From assembly GCF_018977255.1 (NCBI RefSeq), contig NW_024704757.1:62001-119937 (forward strand): a DNA stretch of 57,937 nucleotides. The letters are read 5' to 3'. The notes under the pieces were generated by a model. It worked only from the letters and a program-made list of their open reading frames with translations, was not told where the DNA came from and searched no databases. Positions within the stretch are counted from its first letter, which is position 1; every line of letters starts with the position of its first letter. Both the position numbers and the translations under genes were made by a program. Shown here piece by piece: positions 1 to 12,699 of this stretch. The stretch comes from Callorhinchus milii (lineage: Eukaryota).

Positions 1-370
1 CGGACCGGGCGACTTATCACCTTCAGCCCAGTCAACCTTTTCAGTACTTCCTCTCTGTTTATACTTATCCTATCCATTTCCTCTCCCCTCTCCTCCGATA
101 CTACGGCATTTGGTGCATCCACTTCTTTTGTGAAGACAGAGGCACATCAGCCATGCCTTCTGCCTCCACAATAAGATTTCCTCCTTGGTCCTTAATTGGC
201 CCCACCCTACCTTTGACTAACCTTTTTTTCTTGATAGGTTTGTAAAATATTTTAGGATTCCCTTTAATGTTACCCATTAATCTTTTTTCGTATAATCTTA
301 TTTAATACCCTCTTATTTCCTTTTTCAGTTCTCCTCTGTACTTCCTATATTCTATTTAATTGTCTTCTGT
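1..370 (-). mobile_element. CR1-clade LINE ORF2 fragment, degraded
   Basis: Reverse strand resembles the CR1 ORF2 region upstream of RT; it is cut off by the L2 copy at 372. Confidence 0.55.
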
Positions 371-371
371 G

Positions 372-2381
372 TCAAAGAGAGTCGAGAGGGGAGCTGAAGG
401 CACGGTCAAAGAGAAAGGTTTTGAGACCGGCCTTGAAGGAGGAAAGGGAGGAAGCGGCGAAGGCACTGGGGGATGGAGTTCCAGAGCCTCGGGGCTGAGA
501 GGCTGAAGGCCCGACCACCGATAGTAGGGCGGTTGGGGCGGGGGACGTGGAGCAGACCGGAGCCAGAGGAACGGAGGGTACGGGCAGGTAGGTAGGGGGA
601 TAGTAGGTTGGAGAGGTAGGAGGGAGCAAGGCCGTGAATGGCCTTGTAGGTGAGGATGAGGATCTTGAAATCAATCCTCTGGGGGATGGGGAGCCAGTGG
701 AGGCGAGCGAGGGTGGGTGTGGTGTGGTCCCGAAGCCTGGTGCGGGACAGTACACGAGCTGCAGAGTTCTGAATGACCTGCAGCTTGTGGAGGGAGGTGG
801 CGGGAAGGCCGGCGAGGAGAGAGTTCCCATAGTCCAGCCTTGAGGTGACAAAGGCGTGAACCAGGGTTTCAGCAGCGTGAGGGGTGAGGTAGTGCCGTAG
901 TCTGGCGATGTTCCGGAGGTGATGGAAGGCGGTGCCAGTTGTGGTGCGGATGTGAGGGAGAAAGGACAGCTCAGGGTCGAACAAAACGCCGAGGTTCCTG
1001 ACTGGCTTTGAGAGGTGGAGAGTGCAGCCTTGGATGCTGATGGTGTCAGCGCCTGAGGTGCGGAGGCGCTGACGTGAGCCAATCAGGAGGGCCTCGGTTT
1101 TTCGCACGTTGAGCTGAAGAAAGTTGTCTCTCGTCCAGGACTCGATGTCGGACAGGCAGGCTGTCAGGACATCGGTGGTCGTGGAGTTGAGAGTAGAGGA
1201 GGAAAGGTAGAGTTGGGTGTCATCCGCATACATGTGGAAGTTAACCCATGTCTGCGGATGATGTCACCACAGGGGGAGCATATAGAGGGTGAAGAGGAGG
1301 GGACCGAGGACAGAGCCCTGAGGGACACCACATGAGACAGTACGGGGGGTGGAGGAGAAGCCATTCGTTGAGACGAAGTGAAGACGGTGGGAAAGGTAAG
1401 AGCTAAACCATTCAAGGACAGTGCCTTGAAGGTTGAGGTGGGAGGACAAGCGGTGGAGTAGGATAGCGTGGTCGACCGTATCGAATGCTGCCGATAGGTC
1501 GAGGAGGACGAGGAGACAGAGGGAGCCCTGGTCACAGATGGTCAGGATATCATTGGTGACCTTGACCAGGGCAGTTTCTGTGCTATGGCAGCACGGAAAC
1601 CTGACTGAAGGGGTTCGAAAAGAGAATGGGTGGAGAGGAAAGAGCGCAGTTGGGAGGCGACAACTCTTTCCAAGACCTTGGAGAGAAAGGGGAGGTTGGA
1701 GATGGGCCGGTAGCTTGATAGCTGCGACGCATCAAGGGAGGGTTTTTTCAGGGTGGGCGTGATGATGGCAGTTTTTAATGGAATGGGGACAGAGCCAGAG
1801 GAGAGGGACAGGTTTATGATGTCAGTGATGTGTGGGGCAAGAAAATGGAGCTGGGAGATAAGGAGTGGAGTGGGGATGGGGTCAAGGGAGCAGGTGGTTG
1901 GTTTTAGGGATAGGATGAGTTCAGTGACAGAGGGTGGGGAAACGGGTACGAAGGTGTGTAGGGGAGGATGGGTAGGAGTCGGAGTGTGGGAGGGAAGGGG
2001 TGGGGGGTTGGTGGATGTTGGAGGGGAAGTGACCGCGGAGCGGATTCCCTTGATCTTGGATTCAAGGAAATCCAGCATCTCCTCGCAGTGAAGGTTGGAG
2101 GAGATGACCTGCGCGGGGTGGCGGGGGGGACGGAGGAGTCGGGTTGTGGTGGAAAACAGTAGCCTGGGGTTGTTCTTCGCCTCCAGGATTATCCTGGAGT
2201 AGAAGGACGACTTGGCCGAGGCTAGAGTGGAGCGGTAAATTTTGAGGAGGTCCAGCCAGATTTGTCGGTGGACCGTTAGGCCAGATTTGACAAAGGTGCG
2301 CTCAGCAGCCCGCACCTGGCTTTTCAGTGAGCGGAGGTGGGTGGTGTACCAGGGGGAGGAGCGGGAGTAGGAGACAAAACT
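372..2381 (-). mobile_element. L2-clade LINE, partial ORF2 (RT and C-terminus), frameshifted
   Basis: ORFs 1542-2315, 1264-1449 and 406-1233 give [37 protein letters not shown] and LHWLPIPQRIDFKIL. Confidence 0.95.
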
Positions 2382-2730
2382 TGAATCTAACTCCTGAAGC
2401 GCTCCTCCTCTTCGACTGCACCTTTGGTCACCTTCCTACCCCTAACCTCACCATCCTCCACCTTTCCTGATCCCAACCACAGCTCGGGTGTGGATCCCTG
2501 ACTGTCCAGCGCCTTGGGACGTCCTTCTGACATGAAAGATGCTATACAAATGTAATTTGTTGAGGTTGGACATTATAAAATGCTGCATCAAATGTAATTA
2601 TTGTGATGTGGACAGAAAGGAACTGTTTCTTCATTCATTAGGAACTGCTTAATTGTACAGATCCCACCTCCAATACCATTTCCTGCCTCATTTGCTCTAC
2701 AATAAAACTGTGCAAAGAGAGAGAATGTAC

Positions 2731-2976
2731 AAGTTTCCTTACTCCACACAGAGCCTAATAATAATAATCCTCCAAAACCAAAAACAATAATAAATTGGTC
2801 ATTTTCAATCTACGACTGTTTGTGGGACATTGCTGTGCGCAATTGGCTGCCGCGTTCGCCCACAAATATACAGTCACTTCGCTTTACAGTGTGTTCTGTG
2901 AAGCGCTTTGGGACGTCCTCCCGACGTGAAAAGCGCTATATCAAATGCAAGGATTATTATTATTATTATTATTATT
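2731..2976 (+). mobile_element. 5'-truncated SINE (CORE-like piece, SacSINE1-like 3' part, (ATT)n tail)
   Basis: Near-identical to the 3' portions of 4255-4568 and 44604-44961. Confidence 0.85.
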
Positions 2977-4254
2977 ACAATTGGATAGCAATTTATGGTG
3001 CAACTGCAGTGACTAATTGTGTACATAGAAACAGTTAAAGGCCATTCAACCCCTCAAGACTGTTACGCCAGGTTATTAGATTGTGTCAGATCTTTTAATC
3101 CCATTTCTTCACCTTATTTCCATATAATTTAACAGCCTTCCTTCCCTCCCAAGGTCTATCTACCTTTAAAATATCACATTGATTCTGCCCCCAAGGCCTT
3201 ATAGGGCACTGCATTCCACACTTCACTGTGTGAAGGAACAGGTTTGGATGTGAGTTTTTGCCATTTGTAGGATGGCAAAGGTCCTACATGCTCCAATCCT
3301 ATATCGTCCAACCACAGAAACCCATAAACCAGAAAATGTGCGGATTTTAAATATGGGCAGCATCAACACTCACCATCTTGGCTCCCTTGTAAAAGAATTG
3401 CAATACCAACTGGCTGCCAGGTTCACCTACAAATACAGTCACTTCACTTTGCAGAATTTCAAGACATTTTGATGCTACAGGCGCTGATTCAAATACAAGG
3501 ATTAATATATAAAAAGCATGAAAGGGGATCCTTAAGATAGGCAATAGCTCTAGTAGCCTATGATAATTACCTTTGTTATTTTAATAATCCTTATATTTGA
3601 TATAGCACTTTCCACTTCAGGAGGACGTCTCAAAGTGCTTCAGAGGTTTTACGGTAAAAGGTATTGTATATTGTGTTGGTGAATGTGACAGCCAATTTGC
3701 AGCAGTATCCCACCAAACAACTGCGAATTGAATGACCAATTGTATTTGAAGGATTTAATCTCGTACTGTACTCAAAGTTCACTATATAGTACTAACATTT
3801 TTTTCAGTCAGGCCAACTGCCAATACTTGCATTAAATTGCACAAAGGCATTCTCTTCACGTCAGTTACCAAGTCCACAAAACCTTAACGGAACGGACGGT
3901 GGCCCCTGCCTGTCCTTGTCAATGGTTTAGCAATGCTGCAGGATAAAGGCGTGCTGCCTTGTGATCAATGAGGAATTCAAACCTGCAGAAATTGATAGAT
4001 TACCTCAGTGAGACATCACATGGCCAGATTTTGTAGTCAAGTTCCTTCCCCGCCAGTTTTTTTTCACTCATTAGCAAAATTGAAAAGTGTGTGTGTGTGT
4101 GTGTGTCATTTGGCTCATTGTAAAATGTGAACATTAAGATGATGATACAATATCACAAAATGATAAATGGTTGACTTGCTATCTATCTAAAGCTGGAATG
4201 AGTGATATAGGCTGGTTTTCACATCACTCTATACTGTTCTTAACCTGTCATCGT

Positions 4255-4568
4255 GGAGTTCTGTAGCTCAGTGATTAGAGCACTCACTTTGCAAGTGAGA
4301 GACCTGAGTTCAATTCCAGGCAGAGGGTGAAACCTTGGGCAAGTTTCCTTACTCCACACAGAGACTAATAATAATCCCTCCAAAAACAATAATAAATTGG
4401 TCATTTTCAATCTACGACTGTTTGTGGGACATTGCTGTGCGCAATTGGCTGCTGCGTTCGCCCATAAATATACAATCAATTCACTTTACAGTGTGTTCTG
4501 TGAAGCGCTTTGGGACGTCCTCCCGACGTGAAAAGCGCTATATCAAACGCAAGGATTATTATTATTAT
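4255..4568 (+). mobile_element. Full-length SINE with tRNA-Ala(TGC)-like head
   Basis: A-box-like TAGCTCAGTGATT, TTTGCAA anticodon loop, B-box GTTCAATTCC, then ACCTTGGGCAAGTT, TGGGACATTGCTGTGCGCAATTGGCTG, an L2-type tail and (ATT)n. Confidence 0.9.
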
Positions 4569-6644
4569 TGCCTTGGCTGCAATCTCTTCTTAGGCCACTA
4601 TACCCAATATAATTATTATGGCTGTACAATAGATTTTTTTAAACCTTTCTCAAGATATGGGTGACACTGCTAGCACCAGCATTATTGGACATGGCCAGAT
4701 GCACTGAGAAGGCAATGGGACCTTCCCTTTAACCACTGCAGTCCTTGTCACAATGGTTTTTGTACATATGTCATTGATGTAATTAAAATTATGTAACAAA
4801 ACACCAATGCGAAAAAAAAGGATTTTTTTTGGCATTTTCCAAGGTTCAGGTGTGAGATTTACTGCAGTCATAGCAGCTGTTTTTTGTGTGTATGTGCCTT
4901 GGGTTAGTTACTTTAGCAACTAAAACCACAGACATACGAAAAAACTAATTTCAGCAGGATGTATTACTGTGAAATGGTGAAGCACTCCTGATTTCTCAAT
5001 AGTTCTGTGCACTGTGTGGAATTGAGACAAGGAAATTCCCAGGGTCAAGCTTTGGTGACCTTAGCCAGGATGACGGTAGAGAAGCTATATTTGGCCTCAA
5101 ATTTGTGGGCAGGTTAGAAGTCTTAATTTGTGCTCATTGCTATTCATTCCTTCTCCTGGAATACATTCACAAATACACACATGTGTGCTGGCCAACAATC
5201 CCCCCAAATGTGTATAAATATTAGTGAAAACAGGACTGGGCTCAGATCTGATGCTTTCCATGGTTGGATAACCTGCTGACGTGTATTTTCTAGGTTAACA
5301 AATGATCGCCTGAGTGATGTTGAAAGAGAAACCAACAGTGTTGATCGCCAAATTGAAAAAATGAAAAGCTGAACTGGGTGGTCTAGAATCTTAGAAAGTT
5401 TACAGCACAGAAGGAGTCTTATTTAGTCCATTGTATCTGTGCTGGTGCTAACTTATTCTCTGGTGCTCTCTACTCTAATCCCATTCTCCTGCTATTTCAT
5501 CCTCTTTCCCTCTCCCCATTGTATCTGTGCCGATGCCCACCCTATCTTCACTGAAACCGAGAAGGTTGAGGGACGTCTTGACAGAGGTCTTTAATATTCT
5601 GAGAGCTTTTAATAGTCACTGGGGGACATATTTGGTTGGTTGGCGAGTCGACGACTGAAGAGTATCAGTTTAAAAGATGAGGAGTAAAAGTTGTAGAGTT
5701 GTTAGGGTGTGGAATGCCTTGCCAGGAAGTGGTCAAGGCCAAGTGCATGTCAGCTTTCAGGAGGCAACTGGAGTGATCTGCAAATCAGAGTAAATTGAAG
5801 GGGTGTCGGCAGTGGTTGAACTACACACCATTCTATCCTTCAGATGAGATGTTAAACCAAGGACCCATCTGCCTGTTCTGGTGGATGTTAAAGATCCCAT
5901 GTTGCTATTCGAAAAGAGAAGTTTTTCCTCTCCCGATGTCCTGGCCAACAATCCTCCCAAATAAAAATGGCTTTTTGTAGGACATTGCTGTGCACAATTA
6001 GGCTACCATGTTTGCCTATAAATACAGTCACTCCATTTCACAGTAAATCCTGTAAAGCTCTTTGAGGTTTTGAGTCCTTCCAATGTGATAAAGCGCTGTA
6101 CCAAATGCAAGGCCTATTGTTAGTGGTGCAGTCATGAAAGGGCCCATGAGGTTACAGGGACCCAATCCATTGGTGGTGGAAAGTTGTAGGGTCAGAAACA
6201 TACCTCCATACCTCAAAAGCATTTGAGCCATTTCGGAAATACTTACCTGTCTCCAGGACTGGAAGTTGGCCAGTACACGCTGGTATGGTAAGCAAAATTT
6301 TAGTTGCGGAGTCAGGAAGGGGGTTCCCAACCTATTTTTGCATGACGGTCATCTGGATCCATAGACTACTGGGTATGGAAGAGAAAAGGCAGGTAAACAA
6401 GACTGAATAAATTCCTTTTTCAGAGAGTCAGGACACATACAATGGCGCAAATGATCTTCTGTGTTGTAAATGTCTACTCTGATGGATCTCTCTGCTCTAT
6501 TCCTAGTCCCTTGCACTTTCTCCATACCGATTTGATATTTTCCAATTCTATTTAAAAATGTGTTCACTTCAATAATCAGTCATGTCTAAATGTAAAATTG
6601 TGATTGTAAATATAATAATAATCCTTGCATTTGATATAGCTTTC

Positions 6645-7312
6645 AGATAGATAAAGCTGTAAAAAGGGCATATGGGACACTAGGCTTTATAAATAGGGGC
6701 ATAGAGTACAAGAGTCAGGAGGTGATGATTAACCCATATAAAACCCTGGTTAGGCCTCAGTTAGAATACTGCGCCCAGTTCTGGGCACCACACTATAGGA
6801 AGGATGTTAAGGCATTGGAAAGGGTACAGAGGAGATTTACGAGGATGGTACCAGGAATGAGGGACCTTGATTATGAGGAAAGGCGAGAGAGGCCGGGATT
6901 ATTCTCATTGGAGCAGAGAAGGTTACGAGGAGAACCTGATAGAGGTCTTCAAAATCATGAGGGGATTTGATAGGTTAGAAAGGGAAAAACTGTTCCCACT
7001 GGTGGGTGTGTCGGTGACTCGAGGTCACAGATTCAAAATAGTCTCTAAAAGAAGCCGAGGGGAGGGGACAAGAAATTTTTTCATGCAGCGAGTTGTTCGA
7101 ATCTGGAACGCATTGTCTGAAAGGGCGGTCGAGGCCGATCGATAACTACTTTTAAAAACACGGTGGACGGGTATTTGAGGAGGACGGGTTTGCAGGTTAT
7201 AGGGAAAGGGCCGGGGAGTGGGATTGATGTTACATTGCATTTTTCAAAGAGCCGCACAGACTCGATGGGCCGAATGGCCTCTTTTTGTTCTGTACAATTA
7301 CATGATTCTATG
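6645..7312 (+). mobile_element. CR1 LINE 3' end
   Basis: YKTLVRPQLEYCAQFWAPH...LERVQRRFTRM is the CR1 ORF2 C-terminus; it ends in an ATTCTAT-type tail. Confidence 0.9.
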
Positions 7313-7489
7313 ATAGCGCTTTGTATGTCTTCTAGATGTCTCAAAGCGCTTCACAGAATATACTGTAAAGTGAATTGACTGTATAATTGTGGGCGAAACA
7401 TGACAGCCAATTGCGCACAGCAGTGTCCCACAAACAGTCGTGGATTAAAGTGACCAATTTATCATTGTTTTTGTTAATGTTAAGATTAA

Positions 7490-7935
7490 TAACAACAACA
7501 ACTTGGATTTATATAGCGCCCTCCACTCCGGATGGCATCTCAGAGCGCTTTACAGTAACGAATCCCGGGGATGAGCCAGGGGGAGGGGGAGAGGTGACCA
7601 AAGGCGCGGTCAAAAGGAAAGGTCTTCAGTAGGGACCTGAAAGTAGGAAGAGAGGGAGCGAGGCGAAGGGAGTGAGGAAGGGAGTTCCAGAGCCTCGGGG
7701 CATAGTGGCTGAAGGCACGGCTGCCGAGGGTGGAGGGGAGGACTAGGGGGATGAGGAGGAGGCCAGACCCGGAGGAATGAAGGCAACAGGTACTGTTTTG
7801 AGGAGAGAGGAGGTCAGAGAGGTCAGGGGGTGTAGAGGAGTGGAGGGATTTGAATACGAGGGTGAGGATCTTGAAATCGATCCTCTCTGGGACAGGCAGC
7901 CAATGCAGTCTGGCCAGGACTGGGGTGATCGGGGA
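7490..7935 (-). mobile_element. L2 LINE 3' end
   Basis: [18 protein letters not shown]...APRLWNSLP followed by a (TTG)n tail. Confidence 0.9.
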
Positions 7936-8012
7936 ACGTTTCCAGTGCATTTCTTTTCACTTACTTCAATGGCATGACATTCTCTCTTTATCGTTTAAAT
8001 TCATCTCTCAGT

Positions 8013-8370
8013 CTGGCTCAGTGTTAGCACTCTCGTTTTTGAGTCAGAAGATTGGGGGTTCAAATTCCACATCAGAGGTGCCGTCCTTCGGTTGAGATGT
8101 TAAACTAAGGTCCCATCTGCCTGTTGAGGTGGACGTTAAAGATTCCATAGCTGTTTGAAAAGAGAAGGGAGTTTCTCCTGGTCAACAGTTTCCCCCCCAC
8201 ATCCACAAATAACGTTGGCCATTAATTTAATGGCTGTTTGTGGGACATTGTTGTGTGCAATTAGGCTGCACGTTCACCTTACAATTACAGTCACTCCATT
8301 TCACAATAAATCCTGTGAAGAGCTTTGAGATTCCAGTGTGGTAAGACACTATACCAAACCAAGGATTATT
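8013..8370 (+). mobile_element. SacSINE1/DeuSINE-like SINE
   Basis: Head GGCTCAGTGTTAGCACTCTCG..TGAGTCAGAAG, Deu-like TTCGGTTGAGATGTTAAAC segment and the shared 3' tail. Confidence 0.75.
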
Positions 8371-8631
8371 GTAACAAAAATGTTTGGGAATTGCTTCTCA
8401 GTCTGAAGCAGGAGTGTCATTGGGGAGAAAGCAATATAACGTAGATATTGTTTGTTTGCAGCAAGTGAAAGATATTGATCTTAAAAATAATCAGATATTT
8501 CTAGTATTGAAATATTTGTAGTCTATTTGCCGTCCTTTTTTCCTGCTTTGGGTATTCCAGTGATATCATTTTTTAAGGAATTGAAAGCAAAGCCTGCATT
8601 TTGAGTGTTTAATTAAAGCCTGCAGGATATT

Positions 8632-8970
8632 GGAGTCCTGTAGCATATTGGTTAGAGTACTCGCCTTGCAAGTGAGAGGACCTGAGTTTGATTTCCAGGC
8701 AGGGCAGAGGTTTCCTTACTCGACACACCTGTTTACCGAGCAGTAAGTAGGAAGCTGGTTGTTAACCGATTGGGACATCGCTTTCCAGGGGTAACAATTC
8801 TTTTAAAAAAACAATTTGGTCACTCAATCCACGACTGTTTGTCGGTCACTGCTGTGTGCAATTGGCTGCCAAGTTTCACCCACAAAATTCACTTTGCTTG
8901 AAGCTCTTTGAGACGTCTCAATGACATGATTAGACTCTGTATCAAATGCAAGGATTATTATTTTTATTAT
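8632..8970 (+). mobile_element. Older tRNA-Ala-head SINE with longer CORE-like segment
   Basis: Head as at 4255, then CCTGTTTACCGAGCAGTAAGTAGG and the same 3' tail. Confidence 0.75.
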
Positions 8971-10035
8971 TTGTTAAAGCAAAATGGCTTCAATAATAAT
9001 GGATTTTGCATGGTCTCTGTGATTTTGAACTCAAAATGTTTTGCCCTGGAAAACAACACAATTGATAATTGATTTACTATGAATTGTGATCACCTATTGT
9101 CTGCACTCATAGGATGATTCCCACAATAGGTAAGAATACTTGAGGGATGGAAGCCAATGTAATAACTTTGTAAATCTACCATCTACCATTAATACTGGGC
9201 TCCCAGTGGTTACATTCATCACCTGATGTGGTGCTGAGTCACACAGAGCAGGAAGTTTGGGGGTACTATGACTGGTCTGTATTGATTTAGTGTTTCTGTG
9301 AAAAGCGCTATATCAAATGCAAGGATAATTATTATTATTATTATTTCAATTGATATTGATGTAGTGGGGAGAAAAGGAATTGAGAAAACATCAGCATTGC
9401 TGATTGCTGTCCAGTTACTATCGACTGTGATGGATCTATAATTGAATGCTCTGCCAACTCTCGCTTACTCAGAGATGAAGTCAGTTGAGTGACGTAGCGA
9501 AGTGATGCTGACACTTGATGGCATTGCACCTTCAGGGAAAGGAAAGCAAACCATTGTCTATCTCAATGGAATATTTTTTAAGGAAGCAGATTCTTTTTAA
9601 AATAGGTGTGCATACTTGGAGAGATGGAAAAAAGAACTTTGAATTAAAATGCCAGAAATGCCAGACATTTAATAATAATGATCCTTGCTTTGATATAGCA
9701 TCGTATCAAGCCGTCTATAGTGTCTCAAAGCGCTTCACAGAATATACTCTAAAGTGAATTGACTGTATATTTTGTGGCCGAAGTACGGCAGCCAATTCGC
9801 GCACAACAGTGTCCCACAAACAGTCGTAGAATGAATCACCATTTATTTTAAAAAAGGGATTATTACCCCTAGAAAGCGATTCATTCGGGGGGGGGGTGGA
9901 GAGTGTAAAATGGGGGGGCAACCCTCAAAATATACAGTGAATTCGCTTTACATTGTATTCCTGTGAAGCGCTTTGAGGTGTCTTGAAGACAAGATAAAGC
10001 GCTACATCAAATGCAAAGATTATTATTAATAATAT

Positions 10036-10243
10036 GCTGTGGGCGGTGGGGGCGGGGCTGTGGGCTGTGGGCGGTGGGGGCGGGGCTGGGGGCGGGGCTG
10101 TGGGCGGTGGGGGCGGGGCTGTGGGCGGTGGGGGCGGGGCTGTGGGCGGTGGGGGCGGGGCTGTGGGCTGTGGGCGGTGGGGGCGGGGCTGGGGGCGGGA
10201 CTGTGGGCGGTGGGGGCGGGGCTGTGGGCGGTGGGGGCGGGGC
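10036..10243 (+). repeat. G-rich minisatellite (GGGCGGTGGGGGCGGGGCTGT)n in the COX19 promoter, with many GC boxes
   Basis: Tandem units are visible directly; each contains GGGGCGGGG (Sp/KLF consensus); the array ends about 65 bp before the ATG. Confidence 0.9.
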
Positions 10244-10306
10244 CTCACTGATCGCCGTCTCTGGGCTCCATTGTGTGTGACTGACCGACGCGAGTCTGAG
10301 GCCGCG

Positions 10307-10388
10307 ATGTCAACAGCAATGAACTTCAGCAGCAAAACCTTCAGACCCCGAAACCCGGACAGGGGCGCCTTCCCGCTGGACCACCAGG
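10307..10388 (+). CDS. COX19: Cytochrome c oxidase assembly factor COX19, exon 1
   Basis: [28 protein letters not shown]; donor G|GTCAGT. Confidence 0.95.
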
Positions 10389-10778
10389 GTCAGTGCCCCC
10401 CCCCCCACCAGGGTCAGTGCCCCCCCCCCCCACCAGGGTCAGTGCCCCCCCCCACCAGGGTCAGTGCCCCCCCCCCCCCCCACCAGGGTCAGTGCCCCCC
10501 CCCCACCAGGGTCAGTGCCCCCCCCCCCCCCACCAGGGTCAGTGCCCCCCCCCCCCACCAGGGTCAGTGCCCCCCCCCCCCCCCACCAGGGTCATAGCCC
10601 CCCCCCCCCCCACCAGGGTCAGTGCCCCCCCCCCACCAGGGTCAGTGCCCCCCCCCCCACCAGGGTCAGTGCCCCCCCCCCCACCAGGGTCAGTGCCCCC
10701 CCCCCACCAGGGTCAGTGCCCCCCCCCCCCCACCAGGGTCATAGCCCCCCCCCCCCCCACCAGGGTCAGTGCCCCCCC
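10383..10778 (+). repeat. Minisatellite (ACCAGGGTCAGTG-Cn) x16 that repeats the COX19 exon1/intron1 junction
   Basis: 16 units counted by eye: 14 with GTCAGT and 2 with GTCATA, separated by C-runs of variable length. Confidence 0.95.
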
Positions 10779-10799
10779 TCCCGCAGCCCCCAGTTCCGG

Positions 10800-11000
10800 G
10801 GCTGTGATTCTCATCCCCGCACTGTCTTCTCTCCCTCTTGTGCTTTACGCCGCTATCGCCCCTTTAACCCACATCAGTGGACACCTTCTGCCCTTTGCCG
10901 CCCTTCGGGGCCGCGCGGTGACGAAGGGTCGTGAACCCGAAACGTTGAGTGACTTTCCTCTCTCTCTCGGTTTCTGTTTGAGATTTGCAGTATCTGCCGT
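10800..11000 (+). mobile_element. Penelope-like terminal-repeat relic with degenerate hammerhead motif
   Basis: GTGACGAAGGGTCGTGAACCCGAAACGTT at 10918-10948 is homologous to 47022-47050. Confidence 0.6.
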
Positions 11001-11364
11001 TTGTTTGTTTGCTGTGTTGGGGCTGTGATTGTGCGGCTCTCTCGGGGCTGTGTTTCGGGCCCTGTGGTGGTGGTGGAGCGGTGGCTCCGGGGCCTCCGTT
11101 CCTCATTCAGCGGCTGCACTTTCAGCCGCTGTGCCCTCTGAAGCATTGGAACCTCCTCAACGGCTTTTACATCAGCACCAAACCCCCGGACCGTGGGTTA
11201 CTGTCCCCAACACTAGAGTCAGGATCTGCCACTGCTAACAGCTCTGAGACGTTGCCCCATGTGAAGGGCGCTTTGTAAATGCCAGAAGGCAATGACACCA
11301 CATGGGAAACATCGATTGAGAGAAATATTGACTGACAAATTGTTTTGCTCATTTGTGTTTGCAG

Positions 11365-11476
11365 GTGAATGCAAGACAATTAAGGAGAAATTTATGAAGT
11401 GCCTCAGGGAGAACAAGTTTGACAATTCCTTGTGCCGGGAAGTGTCAAAGGAATACCTGGAATGCAGAATGGACAG
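11365..11476 (+). CDS. COX19: COX19 exon 2 (twin CX9C motif)
   Basis: [37 protein letters not shown] with AG/GT flanks. Confidence 0.96.
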
Positions 11477-12016
11477 GTATGAAAAGAGGAAGAAGTTTCT
11501 TCCTGTATACTGACCATAAAAGTAATAATTATTGCATTTGATAATCCTTATTACAAGAAGTAATAATCCTTCCATTGTCATGCTTAAATATAGTAATCTT
11601 TGCACTTGATATAGTGCCTTATCATGTAGTTGAGAGGTCTCAAAGCGCTTCACAGAATATATTGTAAAGTGGATTGACTGTGTTTTCAGGCAAACACAGC
11701 AGCCAATTTGCAGACAGCAGTGAGACATGGGGCTTGAAAACACACCCTTTTGACTCAGAGGCAAGAGTTCTGCTGACTAAGACGGACTGACACCAAGGTC
11801 CCCAACTTCTGTGAATGATCTGCTTCATGACTGTTTGGGAAATTTCTGTATGTTATTTGGCTGCCCATTTGCTTACAAATACAGGCCTCCTTTCACAGAC
11901 CACGTAAAACAACAACAATTTGCACTTATATAACATCCTCCATGCAGGGTAGCGTCTCAGAGCACTTAACAGTGGTCGAGCCTGATTCTGAGCTGGAGGG
12001 GGGGTGACCGAAAGTA

Positions 12017-12690
12017 CAACAACAACAACAATAAGATTCCATTTATAGAGCGCTTTCACGTCGGGAGGACGTCCCAAGGCGCTAGACAGTTAAGTCAGGA
12101 CCCAAGTAGGGGGGAAATGGTCAGGGTGAGGGGAGGGAGCGAGGAGGGGGTAGAGAGGCGAGAGGGGAGCTGAAGGTACGGTCAAAGAGAAAGATCTTGA
12201 GACCGGCCTTGAAGGAGGAAAGGGAGGAAGCGGCGAAGGCACTGGGGGATGGAGTTCCAGAGCCTCGGGGCTGAGAGGCTGAAGGCCCGGCCACCGAGGG
12301 TAGGGCGGTTGGGGCGGGGGATGTGGAGCCGACCGGAGCCAGAGGAACGGAGGGTACGGGGGGGTATGTGGGGGGATAGTAGGTCGGAGAGGTAGGAGGG
12401 AGCGAGGCCGTGAATGGCCTTGTAGGTGAGGATGAGGATCTTGAATTCAATCCTCTGGGGGATGGGGAGCCAGTGGAGGCGAGTGAGGGTGAGGGCGAAG
12501 GCGAGGGTGGGAGTGATGTGGTCCCGAAGCCTGGTGCGGGACAGTACACGAGCTGCAGAGTTCTGAATGACCTGCAGTGTGGAGGGAGGGCCGGGAAGGC
12601 CGGTGAGGAGAGTTCCCATAGTCCAGCCTTGAGGTGATAAAGGCGTGGACCAGAGTTTCAGCAGCGTGAGGGGTGAGGTAGTGCCATAGT
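12017..12690 (-). mobile_element. Young L2 3' fragment, same subfamily as 372-2381
   Basis: Near-identical sequence to that copy, plus the hairpin tail and (TTG)n. Confidence 0.9.
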
Positions 12691-12699
12691 ACGGTCGAA

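Noticed and set aside
8402-8521. NVDIVCLQQVKDIDLKNNQI as an endonuclease or LRR motif
   Set aside because: Isolated short match with a stop soon after and no flanking support.
9092-9190. H/ACA snoRNA-like hairpin (ACCTATTGT...ACAATAGGT)
   Set aside because: An H box appears only on + and an ACA box only on -, and the second hairpin is weak.
10393-11028. Proline-rich ORFs and a CRISPR-like repeat-spacer appearance
   Set aside because: The spacers are only C homopolymers; this is an intronic minisatellite in a vertebrate.
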